From: Amoeboaphelidium protococcarum X5
Lineage: Eukaryota; Fungi; Aphelidiomycota
Direction of reading: 5' to 3'
Assembly (NCBI GenBank): GCA_023515725.1
Contig: JALDTO010000155.1
Location: 62,001-126,000, forward strand
Length of the DNA stretch: 64,000 nt
Each line of letters starts with the position of its first letter. Position 1 is the first letter of the stretch. The translations under genes and the position numbers were made by a program. Below are positions 12,163 to 25,326 of this stretch, one piece after another. The notes below the pieces were generated by a model that worked only from the letters and a program-made list of their open reading frames with translations, was not told the origin of the DNA and did no database searches.

Positions 12163-15045
12163 ATGGCCAAAATGTATTAAGTGGGGCGATTTTAGAGACT
12201 GTTGCATAATATCAAGCTGCGTTACTTGTTTGGCGGTAGAAGTGTCTTGTGGCGCGATGTCTCAATCGCAGTTCTGACATTCATTCTGCTTTCACTTATC
12301 TGGTCTGGGTCATTATCGAGTTTTAATTAATGTAGTACTCTCTGGGGAAAGGACAGAATTTGTCAGCAGCAACTATAGCTTGACAGCTCCCTGCCATTCG
12401 GTGGAGTTGCTAGCAAGTCAACCTTCGATTCATTGGAAGATTTGATTAAAAGTTCCGCGGAAATCGTTAACATTTGCCATCCTGAATGGCATGGTATCCG
12501 GCAGGCCACGTACGGCCAAGGTTACCCAGTCTTAGAGATACCTGGTCTTCTGAATGATTTGCATGAAGTCCGTCTGATGGAGCTGTTCTCCTCTCTATCC
12601 AAGCTGCGGACTGTGATAGTCAATGGTATACCTCATAAAATGATTGAATTTGCTTACATACTGCGTCATTATATGCCAAATATATAGATCATATTTATTT
12701 ATCATGGGAGCATATCTCAGCCTTTTCACGAAGCTGAGGCTAGTCTTGTGAATGACATGATCATTGCTGCCCAAGAAGGCGTTATCGATCGTGTTGGCGT
12801 TGTTAAGAATGGCATTGAGAACTCTTTTAAAGCTATGGGAGTGGACGTTGTAGAGATTTGGAACTTCCCCGATATGCCCATTGGCTTACGAAGTGTAAAT
12901 TCTGTGCTGAATGTTCGAGCGTTGACTTTGATGAACAGTACCAGGGCGATAACTTCTGTGGTAGCCTTTGACCCTTCGGTAAGGAATGCTAGTAAATTAC
13001 AGTATCATACTACTTATAAGGGGCCGCGATGGAATGTTGGTGTTTTCGGCTCAAGCTGGAACCATAAAAATGTATTTGTTCAAATTATGGCGCTATGTCG
13101 GATTCCCAATATTAAGATTCACGTCCTGGAGAAGCCCAAGTTACCGTATCTAGAGCATTGTTAGAGTGAAATTATCTCTCATGGGCGCTTTATACCTCAT
13201 GAAGAATTTATCTAGTTGATTTAGTCTATGGACATCAATTTGTACGTATCTCTTACTGAATGCTTCCCCATGACCATTATTGAAAGTATTACCGTCGGCA
13301 TTCCAGCTCTCACAAGCGCCACTAGTCCGATATATACTCTTGATCCTATGCTGCAGCAATTTTTGGTTATTAATGAACTGGATAGTCCTGATTATATTGC
13401 AGATGCTGTCATCAGAATAATGCAGAATTATGGCACCATTACTGATCTCTTGTGGAATTACATGCCTTACTTGCACATGAAAGCCCGAGAGCAGATGGAG
13501 ATTCTACTATACTCCAAGGCTGATTTCAACGTTCCCACAGTGCCTACACTCGATGACAGTGTTAAGAAAGCTGATCCTAAGCCTGAACAGCCTGTTAAAA
13601 AACAATAGACAGTGTGCTTAATTACTGATGGTGTATTCCCTCATGTCTTATCTGAAGTGTCTGTAGTTGCCCACTCTGCAGTTACACAATATGTGTCAGA
13701 TGGTTTTAATGTGATTTTGTTGGTTATTGGCAACTCATTCAACTCCAATGGTAAGGATGGCTAGTCAGTGCCTGGTAAGGATCGCGTTTAGATTGTGTAT
13801 TTGCAACGTATCCTAGAATAGTCTAAACTCAAATTTCGCGATGATTTGTACAACTTGGTTGCAGCTGGGCTCTAGTTGCTGTATCAGAATACTCCTTTTG
13901 ATATCGTGGAATTTCCAGATACTTATGGCTTAGCTTACGAGATTTTGCATCGACAAGGTGATCCAGAACTAGCTTTGAAGCACTGCTTGTTTTATCAGTC
14001 GGTTAAAGACTACTTGTAAAACTGTCAGTAGGCCAGTTCCTCGTTTTTGTCCAATGTCAAGGTTGTTATTCGTTCACATGGTACAATTTAGATGTAACAT
14101 TTAAGTGCTGGTCATTGGGATGAGCGCAGATCTCTTTCTATGGAACATTATTAGGTGTACATGAAAGAATAGTACAGTATCCTTACTGCTGACACTGTAA
14201 TAGCGTCAAGTGTGCACGACGCATTATAGTTGTAAGGCTTATATGGATTGCCGCCTAGCAAGATTTCAGTCTAATCATTGCCCTATCCTCATTTAGAACT
14301 ATTGCTTAATGGTATGAACTCCGGTGAGACTATTCATCGAAACAAAGGCAGATTTGTGATTACAATGTATGATCCATTTGCATCAGTGGAAGCGTATATT
14401 AAGGCAATGGACTGGCTAATTGAGTTTGTGGATGGCATATTAGTCGCTATCAATCGTGGCAAGTTTAATATTCAAAGATCTTTTGTCTACAGGCTTAAAG
14501 TTGTCATAATCAATCCGCGATGGAATGAGAATGCTGCGTGGATTGCCATTAACAATTACACCATGCCAGAGGTGCCTCATTATCTGACAAAGTATTTTGA
14601 AGTGTATCACGATCTGGCGGTAGATGAGGCTCTTAAACTCGTGAAAGCTTCCGATTACTTGATCCTGCCTCCACAGTATAGTTAATATCATTTCACTTAA
14701 AACATTGCTTAATCTTTGAAGGTAAAGGTTATTGGGCCTGTCATAGATACCAAAGTTGCTTATTCAAATGTGCTGCCTGATGTTTCATATTCTGTCAAAG
14801 ATCATTTGTCTTTTAAAAGCGCGCTGAACTAGACATTGACCGCGCTGGATTAAAGTTTTCATGGATAGTAGACTAAAAGTTCCGTCATTAAAAAGGATGT
14901 AGTCAACACTATTGATCTCAAGTATGAATAGAGCCAAAAGTAGTACAGATTCGCTGGAAAATAAATGAAGATTGAAAGGTCATTCAATAGTCGCGCTGAA
15001 TGGATCCGATCTCACATTGAATCTTTGTAGCCGGCTAAAAAGTGA
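12163..15045 (+). CDS. Type II membrane glycosyltransferase with two GT-B (GT4-like) modules, ~960 aa
   Basis: Pieces 12433, 12748, 13228 and 14278 are in one frame; N-terminal TM; E-x7-E motif ECFPMTIIE in DINLYVSLTECFPMTIIESITVGIP; second module TVCLITDGVFP...FDIVEFPDTYGLAY. Confidence 0.7.
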
Positions 15046-15185
15046 ATTGATGTTGTAGATAATAGATTTAATGCTAATATAATGTATTACAAAAACCATT
15101 CTACTCATTTATCAATAAAGACACGCCAAACGTAATAAGAATTCGCTCGGTAGCTAATAAGATAATCCACAACACGCCAAGTTCA

Positions 15186-16001
15186 TCAAGGCCAGCGTAA
15201 AACTCTTTCTGTAGTTTTGGCTGCTTTGCTGACGGCGCATTTCATTGTGTTCTCCAATACTATTGTCCATGGATAGTTGGCTTCACCTTGCTCACCAGCC
15301 GTGGCTTTTGTGGATATCCCGATAATCTGCTTAATCATTGGCGGGATGCTGAGTTGCTTCAGCACACTTAAGCCACCAAAGTATTTCAAAAAGTATAGCA
15401 GCGGGACCACCCAGAATATGTCAACTATATTTATCAACAATTGCGCAAAGAGAGAAAACCACGGATTGCTGATCCAGTATACATTCTCTGCTATAATCTT
15501 GTAGTGCTTTGTACCAACTTCAGTGACTGAAGTGACTCCCTTCTGAACTGGCTCCAGATCATACAGCACCAAGAATTCCATGATACTGGTCTTTGCAGCG
15601 GTGAGCGCGTCAACTGAACTCACTTGCTCCATCTTGGTCATTGGAGGATGGAAGATACGAGTAGAGTTGACTACAGATTATGCCATCTTGTCCAAACTGT
15701 GACTGGACAGCCTACTTACCACTGGAAAGTTGAACTCCCATAAAATTGAGTAATGCGCGTAAAGCTTGCGCGTGTTGGGGTCGAAAGATGCATTATGTAA
15801 GCGACAAACGCGACCACTAGCACTGCCCAACACGCGACTCATTAGCTTTTTAGCTGCTATAATCTCTTCGACACCACTAGCGATTACCAGAGGATGACGC
15901 ATGCTTGCACGGGGATCATAAACATCCCTAATCACCTACTCTGGATCATCAGTGGTGGTGATTTACGTGATCAGATTCTCCAAATCATGAATTGGATCCA
16001 T
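15186..16001 (-). CDS. Hypothetical protein, probable NTF2/SnoaL-like fold with C-terminal hydrophobic segment, ~271 aa
   Basis: ORFs 15678-15935 and 15186-15641 are in frame; ATG at 16001 (MDPIHDLENLITQI...VYDPRASMRHPL) resembles fungal NTF2-like proteins; TGA at 15186. Confidence 0.55.
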
Positions 16002-16527
16002 ACAGTTTCAACTTATGATGGTTGTTTGTATTCAAAATTAGAGAATGATTGTCTTTCAATAATTCAAGATTTAAGGTGACTTGTAATGAATGATAATGTA
16101 CACCGGGAAATGATCTGATGGTGTTACTCATTGTGATTTGGCACTTCGCGCTTTCAATTGAAACAACTCTCGCAGCTTTAATTCGATTAAAGTAGCCTTG
16201 TCAACCTATCAGTATAAATTTGACATGCAAGATGAAATTATGATGATTTAATTAGTCATGATAAAAGCAATATAATCAATTATAGAAATTTGATAATATT
16301 TAGCATATTCTATACAAGTAAATTCTGTGTTGTTCAGAGTAAAGACAGACTTTGCCGTGAAACTGAAACGATATTTAAAACACGCGAGGTAAATCGTCGT
16401 TTCTCGACTCGGTTCGTTCAACAATTTGTTCGTTCGTCTGGCTGGCCGGGGAAAACAAAACTCCAATCTTCTCTACGCACGCACTCTTTTTTTATTATTT
16501 CTCAGTCTCTATTGTACGTATAGCCAG

Positions 16528-19500
16528 ATGACGGTGCCTTTTGAGGATAGTCTTATGCCACCAAGGAGAAGTTCTATTTAGAGAAGTGATGTTGCTGGTG
16601 ACCAGAATAGTAATTTTGAAGATGGAGCTGTGTAAGGGGATTAAGATTAACGAGAACTGTATGGAACTAGATCGTCTTCTAAGCGGTAATATGAACCGTC
16701 CTTGTCATCTTTGTTGAATGTTGAAGATACGAAGCGTGTTAGAAGTGATCCGTATTAACCATCTTCTGCAGATTATGAATCTCGAATTAGCACTCGTCAC
16801 AAGAATACTTCCTTCAAGGGATTCTTTGAGAGTAGTGGTACTCGAAGTTCCGCCAGGAAGGCTTAAATTTCTTCTGCAACGACAAAGCAAGTTATTGTTG
16901 AAGATGATGACGAAGAGGATGAACAAGATACACCGTAGAATAATGGTGATGATAATGATGATGCTGCTCAGAACATTTCACACCAGGATGATGTCAAGCC
17001 AGTGAGAGTGCTTCCACCTCGGTCTTCTCGGTACAGAGACTCTTTGAATGAGAATTATCTTGATCAAGTGGTTTATGGCGGCAATAGATCTAAGCGAGAT
17101 TCTTCATATAGAAAGAGTAGACATTAGGATGAATTCAGTTATGAAGAGGAGGAACGTTAGAAGCGAGACACTGCCAAGAGTAGGTAGTAGCGTTATCTGG
17201 CACGTTATGGAGATGGTGTTTAGGATTAGGGAGAGAATTCTAATTTCACTGAGGCTAGTCATCAAGATGGTGAGGATATTGATTAGCTGGAGGGAGTTAG
17301 TGGAGTTCGAAAATCGTCACGATAATCGGTGGAAGAAGATGTTGATGCCGACAGTAATAAAGGGTATCGGCTGAGAAAGCGATTTGTCAAGGATGACTCT
17401 GAAGAAGTTTTGCCTTCAGGTGGGTATTAGGATGGTCGTCGTTTGACCAGAAATTCTAATAGAATGAGAAGTGAGTCACCAGACGCTCGAGGCTATAGAT
17501 TGAGGCCTCGGTAGGAGCGGATAGATTACAAAGTCAGGATTCCTCTGTATGATGCGTCACCTCGTAAAGATTAGCTGCGTAGGAAAGCTTTGGCATCGTC
17601 AAGTCATCGTAGAGATTTCAACATGGATTAGTTGTTGAAGACTGGATTTCGCTCTTTTGGCTCTCTGTTCAAGTAGGCGAAAGGAAATGTTGGCACTGCT
17701 GATAGCGATGATGATGATGATGGTGATTTTGGTTCTCCCGCTGGAAAAGTGAATGATATCCAACGGATCGGATAGCTTAGAAGTAGCGGTATATAGCCGC
17801 TGAATATGACCTCTCTTACCAGCGGATCTCATGACAATGACCGACTGCTCCTTAACAAGACTGGAAAGGTGAAGCTGTCAGATAGTGATCCCGTGGCTGT
17901 TGATAGGAATGTAACTTTTGATTCTGTTGGCGGCCTGGAAGGTCATATTAAATCTTTAAAAGAGATGGTATTGCTTCCACTGATGTATCCTGAAGTCTTT
18001 GAAAAGTTTAGTATAGTACCACCTCGTGGTGTTATATTTCATGGTCCTCCGGGCACTGGTAAAACTTTGCTTGCAAGAGCTTTGGCTAATGCGTGCAGCT
18101 TTGGTGATTAGAAGGTGGCATTCTTTATGAGGAAAGGCGCAGATGTACTTAGTAAATGGGTGGGTGATTCTGAGCGTTAGTTGAAGGAACTATTTGAACA
18201 GGCCAGATAGATGTCTCCTGCCATTATATTCTTTGATGAAATTGATGGCCTCGCTCCTGTGCGATCAGCTAAGTAGGATCAAATTCATTCAAGTATCGTC
18301 ACTACTCTTTTAGCTCTGATGGATGGTTTGGATTCCAGAGGTAACATTGTCGTCATTGGTGCAACTAATCGTATAGACGCTATTGATCCTGCTCTGAGAA
18401 GAACTGGAAGATTCGATCGTGAATTTCTGTTCTCTCTTCCCGACATGGGAGCTAGAAAGAAGATCATATAGATTAATTCGCAGGAGTGGAATCCTCCATT
18501 ACATGATTAAATGTTGGAAGAGCTAGCTGAAGTAACTAGAGGATATGGTGGTAGTGATCTACGTGGTCTTTGTACCGAAGCTGCTCTTTGTGCTCTGGAG
18601 AGATGTTATCCTGGTATATACACTAGTGATAAGAAATTGGCAATATCAGTGAATGACGTCCAAGTGGAAAGGAGTGATTTTATCAAAGCTCTCTCTAAAA
18701 TTGCTCCATCCACTTAGAGAACTAAATCTAAAGTGGCTAAACCTTTGAGTAGCTCTATGAACGCTCTTCTAGCTGATCGCGTAGAATAGTTGTATTAGAT
18801 TATGGTGGACTCTATGCCTTGCCTTGATGCTTCAAATGCTGCCATCTTTGCGATGTAAGATTAAATTATGCAAACAGTGCCTGCTTTTGCTAATAACCTT
18901 ATTGTGGATTCTCCTAACTCTGGAAATGGTCAAGTTGAAGTGGCTCTGGCTGCAATGAATAAGTTGGAGAATGTCGTTATCAACCAGCTTGATTTTGAGG
19001 TTATTCATAATGAGCAGCATTAGAGTGCTGAGGCTGCATTGAGTTCTTTCTTTAGAGAATGTAAGCGTCAGAAGTCTAGTGTTATTTTCATACCGAATTT
19101 GGTGCAATTTTACTCTGGACTTGGGGAGTCTTGTCGCAGATTATTTCTGGATTTGGTAGAGACTCTACCTTTGGAGTGTGGTGTATTTATCTTAGCTACC
19201 TCTAGCGGTTTATCTAATAATCTATCAGATACGCAGGGTAGCGCTGAAGAAGATGATGATGAGGATTTGCTGGAATTAAAGGCCGCTTTTGGAGTTAAGA
19301 ACGATGTAAATGGTAGTGGTGATGATTTTTCTGGTTCATCACTCTTTACTCTCGGTGAAATCACTTAAAGTTAAAGATTAGAGTATTTCAAGTCTTTGGC
19401 ATTAGAAGTCTCATAATCTTTTAGCGGAATTAAGTGGGATATAAGTGAGGGTACTCTGACCGTTGACCCTGTGATTCTGGATTCTTCGTTGAAGTAGTAA

Positions 19501-20844
19501 GAGTAGCTATAGCAAATACCGGTTGCCCCAGTTCAACCAGCCGAATAGTAATAGCATCGAGAGTTGACAGTGGATGAATTGCAGATGCTACATGAACACG
19601 ATGAAAGTGTATTTAGAAAACTGCGAATGTTACTGAGAGAATTCTGTAGTGAGATTATCCGTTGTAAAGAGTACAAGGCTGTGGTGAAGAATCTTAATCC
19701 ATTAGAGGATTATGGCGATGTAGTCAAGATGGATGCACAGGACATTCTGGAGAAGGTTGAGCGCCACGGCTATTAGACGATAAAGCCATTCAAAGAAGAC
19801 ATTGCGGAAATGGTGGAAGGATTCAGACGGTTTGCGTATGAACGTGACGAGGTGTACCGTCTGTCTAGTGTGAATGCTCTCTCTGACCTGCTTGAAGAAT
19901 GGATTCGAACATTTGATCCCCAGTTCTTACAGTAAGCCAATGAATCAGCTGCCAGATAGAAAAGACTTGGACCAGAGTATGAGAAACTGATTGCCAAAGT
20001 TAATGAGTAAAGGATGGAGTATTACAAGTCCTTGAAATCAAAGAAGGCTGATAGAGAAGAGGCTGTACGCAGAGAAGTATTTGTACAAGGTGATGATTAG
20101 GATAAAGCTGCTGGTAACGAGGTGCAAATCTCAGCTGTTAATGTGTAACTTTCCTCTTAGTAATCTTCATCTTAAGATAGTGGTGCCATGTATTAGGATG
20201 TCAATGAGGATATTTTGCAAGTGAAAGCAAAGTCCATTGTGTCTGGTCATTCAGACGATGGTCCCAAGGTAGTGACGCGTAAATTAGTAATTATGGACAG
20301 TACTGACGATGAATAGAGTCCTAAATTTGTGAATAATAATTGTTCTGAGCAGTCGTCTAGCTCTCGATAGAGCCCTGTTGGTAATGAGTAAAGTCAGTTG
20401 TCCACCGTCATGGAGGAGCCTACATAACACTCTTCTAATGACTAGAGTACAAGTGTCATTCATGGTGAAGATAGCAATGATATGAACGTTGAATCGGGTG
20501 AGAAGGGATAGAGCTAGACAGATACTATAGTGTGGAAGCCATTTGCGATTCCGTATCGAGCTCCCACCAAGGAGTAGTTGACAGAAGTGTTGGAATAGTA
20601 TGTTCACATAACCGCTGGCTATAATGTTGTAAAGCTGGAAAAATTGCGCAATTTGATTCTTTAAAAGACTTTTAAATGGAAGCAGGATGTTATGCGTCGC
20701 GTGAAAGATCTTGTTCAACAAGTCAAAGATGGTCATTTGCTGTTACAAGATATTGAGTAGAACAGAGATGTCACCGAACATATATTTGCCAACACTCCAA
20801 GCTTGCTAGACTCTCTCCAGATACCTGAATAGAATCGTCATTGA
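16528..20844 (+). CDS. YTA7: AAA+ ATPase/bromodomain chromatin factor Yta7/ATAD2/Abo1, ~1438 aa
   Basis: FDSVGGL...[15 protein letters not shown], Walker [48 protein letters not shown] (one Gln is TAG); degenerate second AAA and bromodomain-like region. Confidence 0.93.
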
Positions 20845-21057
20845 TAGTTCTTCCTTCCTGTGTCGCGTGCGGCTGGTCACCTGCAGTGATCGTATCCATG
20901 CAATAACGTGAAAATGTGTATGTGTAAAAGTCTAAATGTAACATAGTTACTCTTAACTTGATAATCATCATCATTCAATAATCTTGTCACTTTGAAAGTG
21001 CAATTCTTACGATGCCAGTTTATTAACAAATTTAGACAACTAGGTACTGCAAGATGA
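20758..21057 (+). repeat. Imperfect direct repeat, copy A (YTA7 3' end plus downstream spacer)
   Basis: Shares TTTGCCAACACTCCAAGCTTG (20785-20805 = 23037-23057), ATAATCTTGTCA, GCCAGTTTA and AACAAATTTAGA with 23010-23281. Confidence 0.8.
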
Positions 21058-22406
21058 TTGACCGCCGACCCTCTTTCCCTTCTTGAAAAACTTCAGCAAA
21101 CGCAAATGACGACGCCGACCAAAGACACTCTGCTTGCGCTATTGAAAAGGAAGGAGCTGAACAATCTGGTCAATGAATTGGAGAAGGGGAAGACTACCTT
21201 TGAAGAGATGATGAATTTCACCGAAGCACAATGGGATAAGATTGCTGGCACCATTAATGGCATCGACATTTACAATCACCTTCACAAGCTTCAGTCTAGT
21301 GCGAGCAGTGTGCCTGTATTGGTTAAGAAAGTGACTTTTGACCTCTATCGGTGGGGTGCGAGGATAAAGAAAGGTGGATATAGGACGGAAACTCTCGAAT
21401 GTCATAATGGAAGGTTGCCGTTGAAAAGCTTTCTCCAACAAAATCGTCTAGAAAATGCTTACTTGTGGGAGGAAGATGGTGGTTTGATGCTGTTGCTCTA
21501 TGATGAGCCGGATTCTGGTCGACTACTACCTTCGAGAACTCTTCTTACTCTTTGAAGGTAAAGGAAACCAAAAGTATTGATCGGATGGAGAATTTTTTCA
21601 CAGTCAGTATGGACCAAGTGATTCAAGATTTTGGATTGGAGGATGAGGATGATAATTGGGATCTACACTGCGATGGATCTAATGTAATATTTCCGGGAGA
21701 ACTTGAAAAGGCTCTCACTCTACTAAGTGCTCGACACACGCTAAAGGCTGAAAATTCACGGCGGACTATTATTGAACTCAATTTGCTGTTTGCGTTGGAA
21801 GAAGTCGACAAAGAGAATTGCTTTTTGATACTCGATGGCGAATTGAAAATCAAAGTCATACGCGAAGTCGGAACTATTGATGATGATGATGATGATTAGT
21901 CCCAAAGAGTTGAATATTCCGGTCCTTTAGATTTTGCTATTGGGCATTCCAAGAAAGGTACGCAAATTCCCCATGACACGACTTTATTCGTTGTGGAAGC
22001 TAAAAAGCCTTCAACGTTTGAAGATGGATTTGCTCAGGTTCTTGCTCAGACTGCAAGTGCTGTTTGTATTCGAAGGAAAGAAAAGCGCGGTAGGGACGAT
22101 TACAAAACGTTCTGGATGTATACCGATGGTGAACGTTGGTGTATGGGATATGTACGTCCGGACTTGGCTCGAAAGAACGCAATGAAATATGGTAGAACGG
22201 CACTTTTCACTGCTAGCATGCGAGATTTCAATATCGATAATTGTATCAGCGTTTACAAACGGGTAGTGCAGATGGTGCGATTGGCATATAACTCAACCCC
22301 AAGAAATTCGCGCGCCGATTTGACCGAAGAAGACGCAACTGATTCGCAAACTATAGCAGCAGACATCGTTATTGAGAGGATGGAGAATTTGGACATTATA
22401 TCATGA
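21058..22406 (+). CDS. Crinkler-like effector candidate: helical (SAM-like) N-terminus plus PD-(D/E)xK nuclease domain; one frameshift at 21507-21552
   Basis: SGPLDFAIG...LFVVEAKK...GFAQVLAQ...MYTDGERW matches the REase-fold pattern (D...E-x-K...Q...TDG..W). ORFs 21552 and 21993 join through a single TAG; first in-frame ATG at 21106. Confidence 0.6.
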
Positions 22407-23009
22407 CAGAATTAAATTCGGAGTTTAATTCAGAATCCTTGACGTTATTTCATTCTCATTCATGTGACAATATCAACGATTAAGGCATCGCCTCGCGCCT
22501 CTGCCCATCTCAAATCGCTTTTCCACATAAATGTTCGAAATAAGAATGAATGTAATTTATTGGACGAGTGGTCAAAATAACGTTAAACACAGCTAATGCT
22601 GTTACATACACAGTATCAATCCCAATGTTTCAGCTCAGACCAATGTTTTGGAAATACACCGAACAAGTCAAGTGTGAAATTTCGCTCTAATCTTAAACAA
22701 GGACAGGTCTAAAGTAGTCCTTTAAAATTCCCTTTTTAGCTTAGAGTATAGGCATTTAAGCATTTAAATTGCAACCAAAATGCCAATTTTTTTATATTTT
22801 GCGACGTGAAATAATTTTCAATATGATAGCTTTCGGTGCCAGTTTAAACGCTTTAGAATGATTTGGCAGCTCTTAATAATCAAGCTGAAACGGATGGAAC
22901 AATTTTGAACTGCTGTCGTTTCTAGAGTAAGTAGGTGCTGATCTTGCGCCACTCATTGATAAAGATTATATATAAGGTATAACTCCCACAATAAGAAGCT
23001 ATTGATGGA

Positions 23010-23281
23010 GAGAACAGGAACGTTAATCAACATGTGTTTGCCAACACTCCAAGCTTGTTAGAAGCGACAGTGAGCCATCACTTAGTGTCGCGTGCTGGAT
23101 ATATTACGCGTTTTATTATCTCCATAATGAGGAAAATGTATATGCGAGTAAAAGAGTAAATGTAACATATAATGGTCTTGATCATTCATAAAAAAGAACT
23201 TCACTACTCTATAATCTTGTCATTTTCAAAGCGCAACTCTTACGAAGCCAGTTTACCAACAAATTTAGAGAACTGAGATGA
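23010..23281 (+). repeat. Imperfect direct repeat, copy B
   Basis: Homologous to 20758-21057. Confidence 0.8.
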
Positions 23282-24198
23282 TTTGAGTTTATGAGCGAGG
23301 ATAGACTGATCCGCAACTTCACCTTATGATGCAGCTTAACTAGTATTAATCATTGAAGACCGCGCAGATGCAGGATATAGTTGATGGTCATGCAACACTT
23401 GATCATTGTTTTCAATGATTCCACTCAGAGTATTCCTTAATTACGAAGCAGCTTACACTGTAGATGTACTAGTTAATGTATCGCTATCTTGCAGAACAGC
23501 CTTCTGCTCTGATAATTAATCTAAATACTGAGAAGTTAGATCCATCTAATCTTAATTTATAATGGTAGTAGTACCATCTAAAGACAGTTAATCAAAAGCG
23601 CGATCCACTGCTGATGACCAAACTTGGGAGAATTACTGATCTACGTTATACTCCTACTATCTCGTAACACTACTCTGATGACTATGCCATACTTACTGCA
23701 TATGATCATCATTATTATTAGCTGGCAGATTCGAAAGATCTCCAACCAGAATATCACCACTACCATGAATTCTAAGGTATCGATCAAATTCATCCACAGA
23801 TATTTAATGTTGACTATGCTATTACCTAGGAGCTTTATTAAATTCATGAAATCGGTAATTATGATCAGTACCGATAGTTAACTTTTCACTTTAAAAATGG
23901 TGTTACATTTGACCAATCGAAAGATTATTGTTTCCCCATACAGAATCAAACTACTGACTCATGCCGGTATCCAATACTCCTCCTATCTGACCATCGCGTC
24001 TCTTCTAGATTATACTTCGATCTACTGCTTTAACAAATTACTCCTTATGTAATTAAGGTCTCTGGGAGATAAATCTGGAACTACTACTCTACTTGGAATC
24101 TGACATTGCTATTGCCCAAGGCTAATTTAAGATTGTAACTCCGCCGCCAGGGAATCTGTCGAGAAAAGAGCAGAGAAGAACGGTGGCCGCAAATGTGA
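23278..24198 (+). pseudogene. Degenerate hypothetical gene
   Basis: Table-6 frame open from 23419 to 24198, preceded by in-frame TGAs near 23284 and 23416; no recognisable motif. Confidence 0.3.
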
Positions 24199-24949
24199 GA
24201 ATTTCAATATTAGTTGATACAATGTTAGATTATCTTAGAGAATGCGATAAAGCTAATCTCGCCGCGGATAATTCGGACAAAAGTTGTCTCTGTATGATAA
24301 TGTCCATTGTTGGGGCAGTTACCATAAACAAGCTATATCGTAACGTCGCAGTAAGCGCTTGGCATGAAGATGGTAAAGCGCCTCCTAGATTGTAGCAGGA
24401 GGCGCGACGCGATAAAACTGGCTCGGTAAAGGAGAGGAAGCTGATTGATTAATTTCAGTGTTTGGTCAAATCTGTGTTTAAACTACTTTACAGCTTTGTA
24501 GATGATGATACACACAGCAAGTAAAGTATTACAAGTCATATCCATAACTACGTAAATTGAAACAAGGCACTTCGTCTGTCTCCGCCTATGCTGCTGAAAT
24601 TAGATATCTCTCTTCTGGCATAGGCTGGAATGATACTTCCTTAAAGTCTGAATTTAGAGAAGGATTGAACAATAATGTCAGACTAAGTATGACTACTCCA
24701 TGGCTCATATATCCCATATAGTCCATTCATTTGACTCATTCATGTAGGTATGTAGGTCAGTCTGAAAACAAATTTGTCCATGTCATCCATACGAGTGCCC
24801 AGCACTGAATAAAATTTCCGCTGTTTAATTGAATTTTAACGATTTGAATAAAATTGCACCTGTACGTGGTACTGACCAGGAAAATGATGCTTTTACAAAT
24901 GAATAAGCAATCCTAGTGCCGAGGCTACGTCTTCCACGAGTCACAAGGG

Positions 24950-25057
24950 TTGAGTTTGATCAATTGAAGTCAGATGTTGATTAAAACAAAGCTGAAGTTA
25001 GGCTTGAGTTTGATTAATTGAAGTCAGATGTTGATTAAAACAAAGCTGGTGTTGCCA
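24950..25057 (+). repeat. 54-bp tandem duplication encoding a heptad-like peptide; related copy at ~29207-29260
   Basis: TTGAGTTTGATYAATTGAAGTCAGATGTTGATTAAAACAAAGCTG occurs twice with period 54. Confidence 0.85.
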
Positions 25058-25326
25058 GGATTCTGTAAATCCTTGAGGAAAATGTCGTGGATGCGCGTAG
25101 GTAATTTGTTGACTAGTCTCAAAATTGAAGACCTGATAAAATGGTAAGTTTTTAATAGCCTGGATTTCTATTTTACTTGAACTTTTGTTACATGTCTATG
25201 ACTGCAGTTACTGCATCTTGAAACATCTTTGATCAACTCAGCTCGTTTAATGGGAAGTGAGCGAGCCACATGTAGTGAAGCCTTAATAAAATTCAGTCAT
25301 AAGTTGTAAACAACATTTATAATCAA

